Assembly: GCF_032191835.1 (NCBI RefSeq)
Contig: NC_083243.1
Location: 54,312,001 to 54,376,000, forward strand
Length of the DNA stretch: 64,000 nt
Direction of reading: 5' to 3'
DNA from: Heteronotia binoei
Lineage: Eukaryota
Position numbers and translations under genes: made by a program. Below the pieces are notes generated by a model that searched no databases, was not told the DNA's origin, and saw nothing but the letters and a program-made list of their open reading frames with translations. Positions 61,744-64,000 of this stretch are shown here, piece by piece; the first letter of the stretch is position 1, and each line of letters starts with the position of its first letter.

Positions 61744-64000
61744 GTGAGTAAAACATACCTCTCAATTTCTTTGTGCCTTTTTCCTTCAATGAGCATTCAC
61801 CTTAGTAAATAATTTTCTGCTGTTCTCATGCGCCCTTGAACCTGCATGGCTCAAAAAAAAACCTAGACTTTGGTACATTTTATTATTTGCATGAGTTAAA
61901 TGATAAACCCATGTTTGCAGAGAGTGATTGCTTTGAAGTTTAAGCCACAATGCGTTTGCTAATACAGTTAATAGTTGAGACTTGTTAGCTGCAAAGAAAA
62001 CCTGGAAAGGAATAAGTGCAGATGTAGAGACTTTTTTCATGGCTGCCTAGCTAGTGAACTTTTGTAGGGGAGAGGAATTTAGAGTAGATAAGCTTTGGCT
62101 AGAGATATGGCATGATATTAACATATTAATTTCTGCTACTATCAGATAACAACTAGGAAGATCAAGTTGGCAAGATGAAATGTTTATATTTGCTGTTGTT
62201 TATTTTCTCCATTTTAATTAGGAATGCACTTTGGAAATGTTTTTCTGTGGATACCACCAAGACACTTGTATGCTTCCTCATAATCTGTAGATTTAGCAAT
62301 TGCAATGATGGTTTCTTTGCTTCGGCACCACCTTTTTCAATCTCTGCCAGCTGCCTGTCTTGTTTTTTGTTCAGCCGAAACATGTTTTTCTTGTTCCTTG
62401 GTTCCTGACCCTGACTTGCTTTTTCATACTAGATATAATATAAATGACTTTTCCGTACTCTGCAGTGTTATCTTTCCCATTTTATCTCATCTTTCTCTCA
62501 TTTATCTTGACTTTATTTATCTAGTACATGTATTTATCTAGTACATTCTCCCTTACACCAGGGAGCTCAGAGCAGCATATGTGATTCTCTTTACTCATTT
62601 TATCTTCAAAATGACTCCATAAAAAGGAATTACTGAGCCAAGGCACTCAGCAAACTTTTTGAGAGAGTGGGAGTTTGAATCTGCATCTCCCAAGTTCAAG
62701 CTGAGTGCTCTAACCATTACACCATGTTGGCTTCTGTTCACTCTTCTGTATCTCTTCATAAAATCTCATATTTCTGCCACCTTGCATCAGCCCTGAACTA
62801 TTAGATCATGTTCCCTTCAGTGTTCATCTAGCTCCTCACTTTCTCTTGTAAGCGGTTACTGAAATCTCACATCTTTCCTCAAATAATTTCTCATTTGCTT
62901 TGTCTGTATTTTCCTTCTTTCCCTTCACTTAAGGAGAGGTTTTTCTGGCCTAATTATTGTCTCTTAACCTTAACCATTGACTATTTGTCCAAGTTCTGTA
63001 GACACTTTGTAATTGATACCCCAATCCTAAAATACATTTTTTTTAAACCTGATCCCTATTGAATTCAGAGGTGCTTATTTTCAGATAACGCTTTTTAGGA
63101 ATGGAGTTTGTATTATGAATTTTCTGGGGTACTTCTTTGATCTATTTATTCATTTTAGAAACATGTGAGTTGCTTTTCGGTTGAAAGCTGCATACAACCA
63201 GTTTACAAAAACTGCTTGCTTTTTTCTGTATTTTGGTGAAATAACCTATCTGGTGTCACCCAACATACGAGGAATTGCATTCAGTGCTGAGAAACATTTA
63301 GCTTAGGTAGGTAGGTATTTTATTTATTGCACTGCTTAGGTAGGTAGGTATTTTATTTCAAATTTTCAGTCTACTGTATCTCACAATGTAGCTATGAGGG
63401 AGAAAATAATACTTCAGAGTCAAATGTTGCAGAGCCACTATGAAGTCCATGGCAGTTTGTCTTTACCAGTTGTAATGTGCATGAGTTAGTTGAAGCTTCT
63501 ATGTGATCTGTTTATTAACATTAATATTATTTATATGTGAAACAGCTAATTTTATTCTGTAGTTAGTTACTAAAGGGTTGTATTATATATATGCACACAA
63601 ACTACTGGGAAAGCACATGGTTCTCCCCTCATTCACAAATCTGTCTATACTTGAATGGGATATCTCCTGGGACTCCAATGTAAGTCACTTTGATTTCTGT
63701 GATGAAAGAAATAAGAGAGCTAAGTTAAATATGAAGGCAGCAATTCTAAACAAATCTACTCAGAAATAAGTCCCATGTTATCCAACAGAGTTTACTCCCA
63801 GAAAAGTGCCCTTAGGAGCACAGCCTGAATAACTGAAATATATTACCCTCAGAGATAGTAACTGATGCAAGATTAACCGGTTAGGCTCATTCCTGTGTAG
63901 AGTTGACTCCACATCTCTTCAGTCTTGTTTTGGTACCCTCTACTGATATGTAGGATGGCTGCAAGGCTTGGAAGGAAGGGGAAAGGTCCCACCAGACATG

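Noticed and set aside
1-64000. CRISPR array or prokaryotic operon
   Set aside because: The sequence is intron-exon vertebrate DNA with no regularly spaced repeat-spacer units.

Overview
Eukaryotic genomic DNA from a squamate reptile, most likely a gecko (inferred from the SINE repertoire). It corresponds to the conserved vertebrate LIN52-ALDH6A1-BBOF1-(ENTPD5) block. I assembled LIN52 coding exons 1-5 (minus strand; last exon not found and presumably left of the window), a complete 12-exon ALDH6A1 (plus strand, 1611 nt, 536 aa) and BBOF1/CCDC176 exons 1-9 (minus strand; terminal exons unresolved). Two CpG-rich divergent promoters are present: LIN52/ALDH6A1 at ~16.3-16.7 kb and BBOF1 with a presumed ENTPD5 at ~61.1 kb. 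The introns are packed with CR1, L2, RTE, SINEs, hAT-type MITEs, a solo LTR and Penelope-derived foldbacks. The most notable items are: (1) a full-length, TSD-flanked, intact RTE LINE resembling AviRTE from memory, co-oriented in LIN52 intron 5, with no obvious start codon and a cryptic splice acceptor in frame with LIN52; (2) a three-copy 5S-rRNA-derived SINE family with 14-16 bp TSDs; (3) Penelope-derived inverted repeats carrying decayed hammerhead-ribozyme cores. Family names are recalled by eye and were not searched. Repeat boundaries without a TSD are approximate. No CRISPR array, true tRNA gene or true rRNA gene was found.
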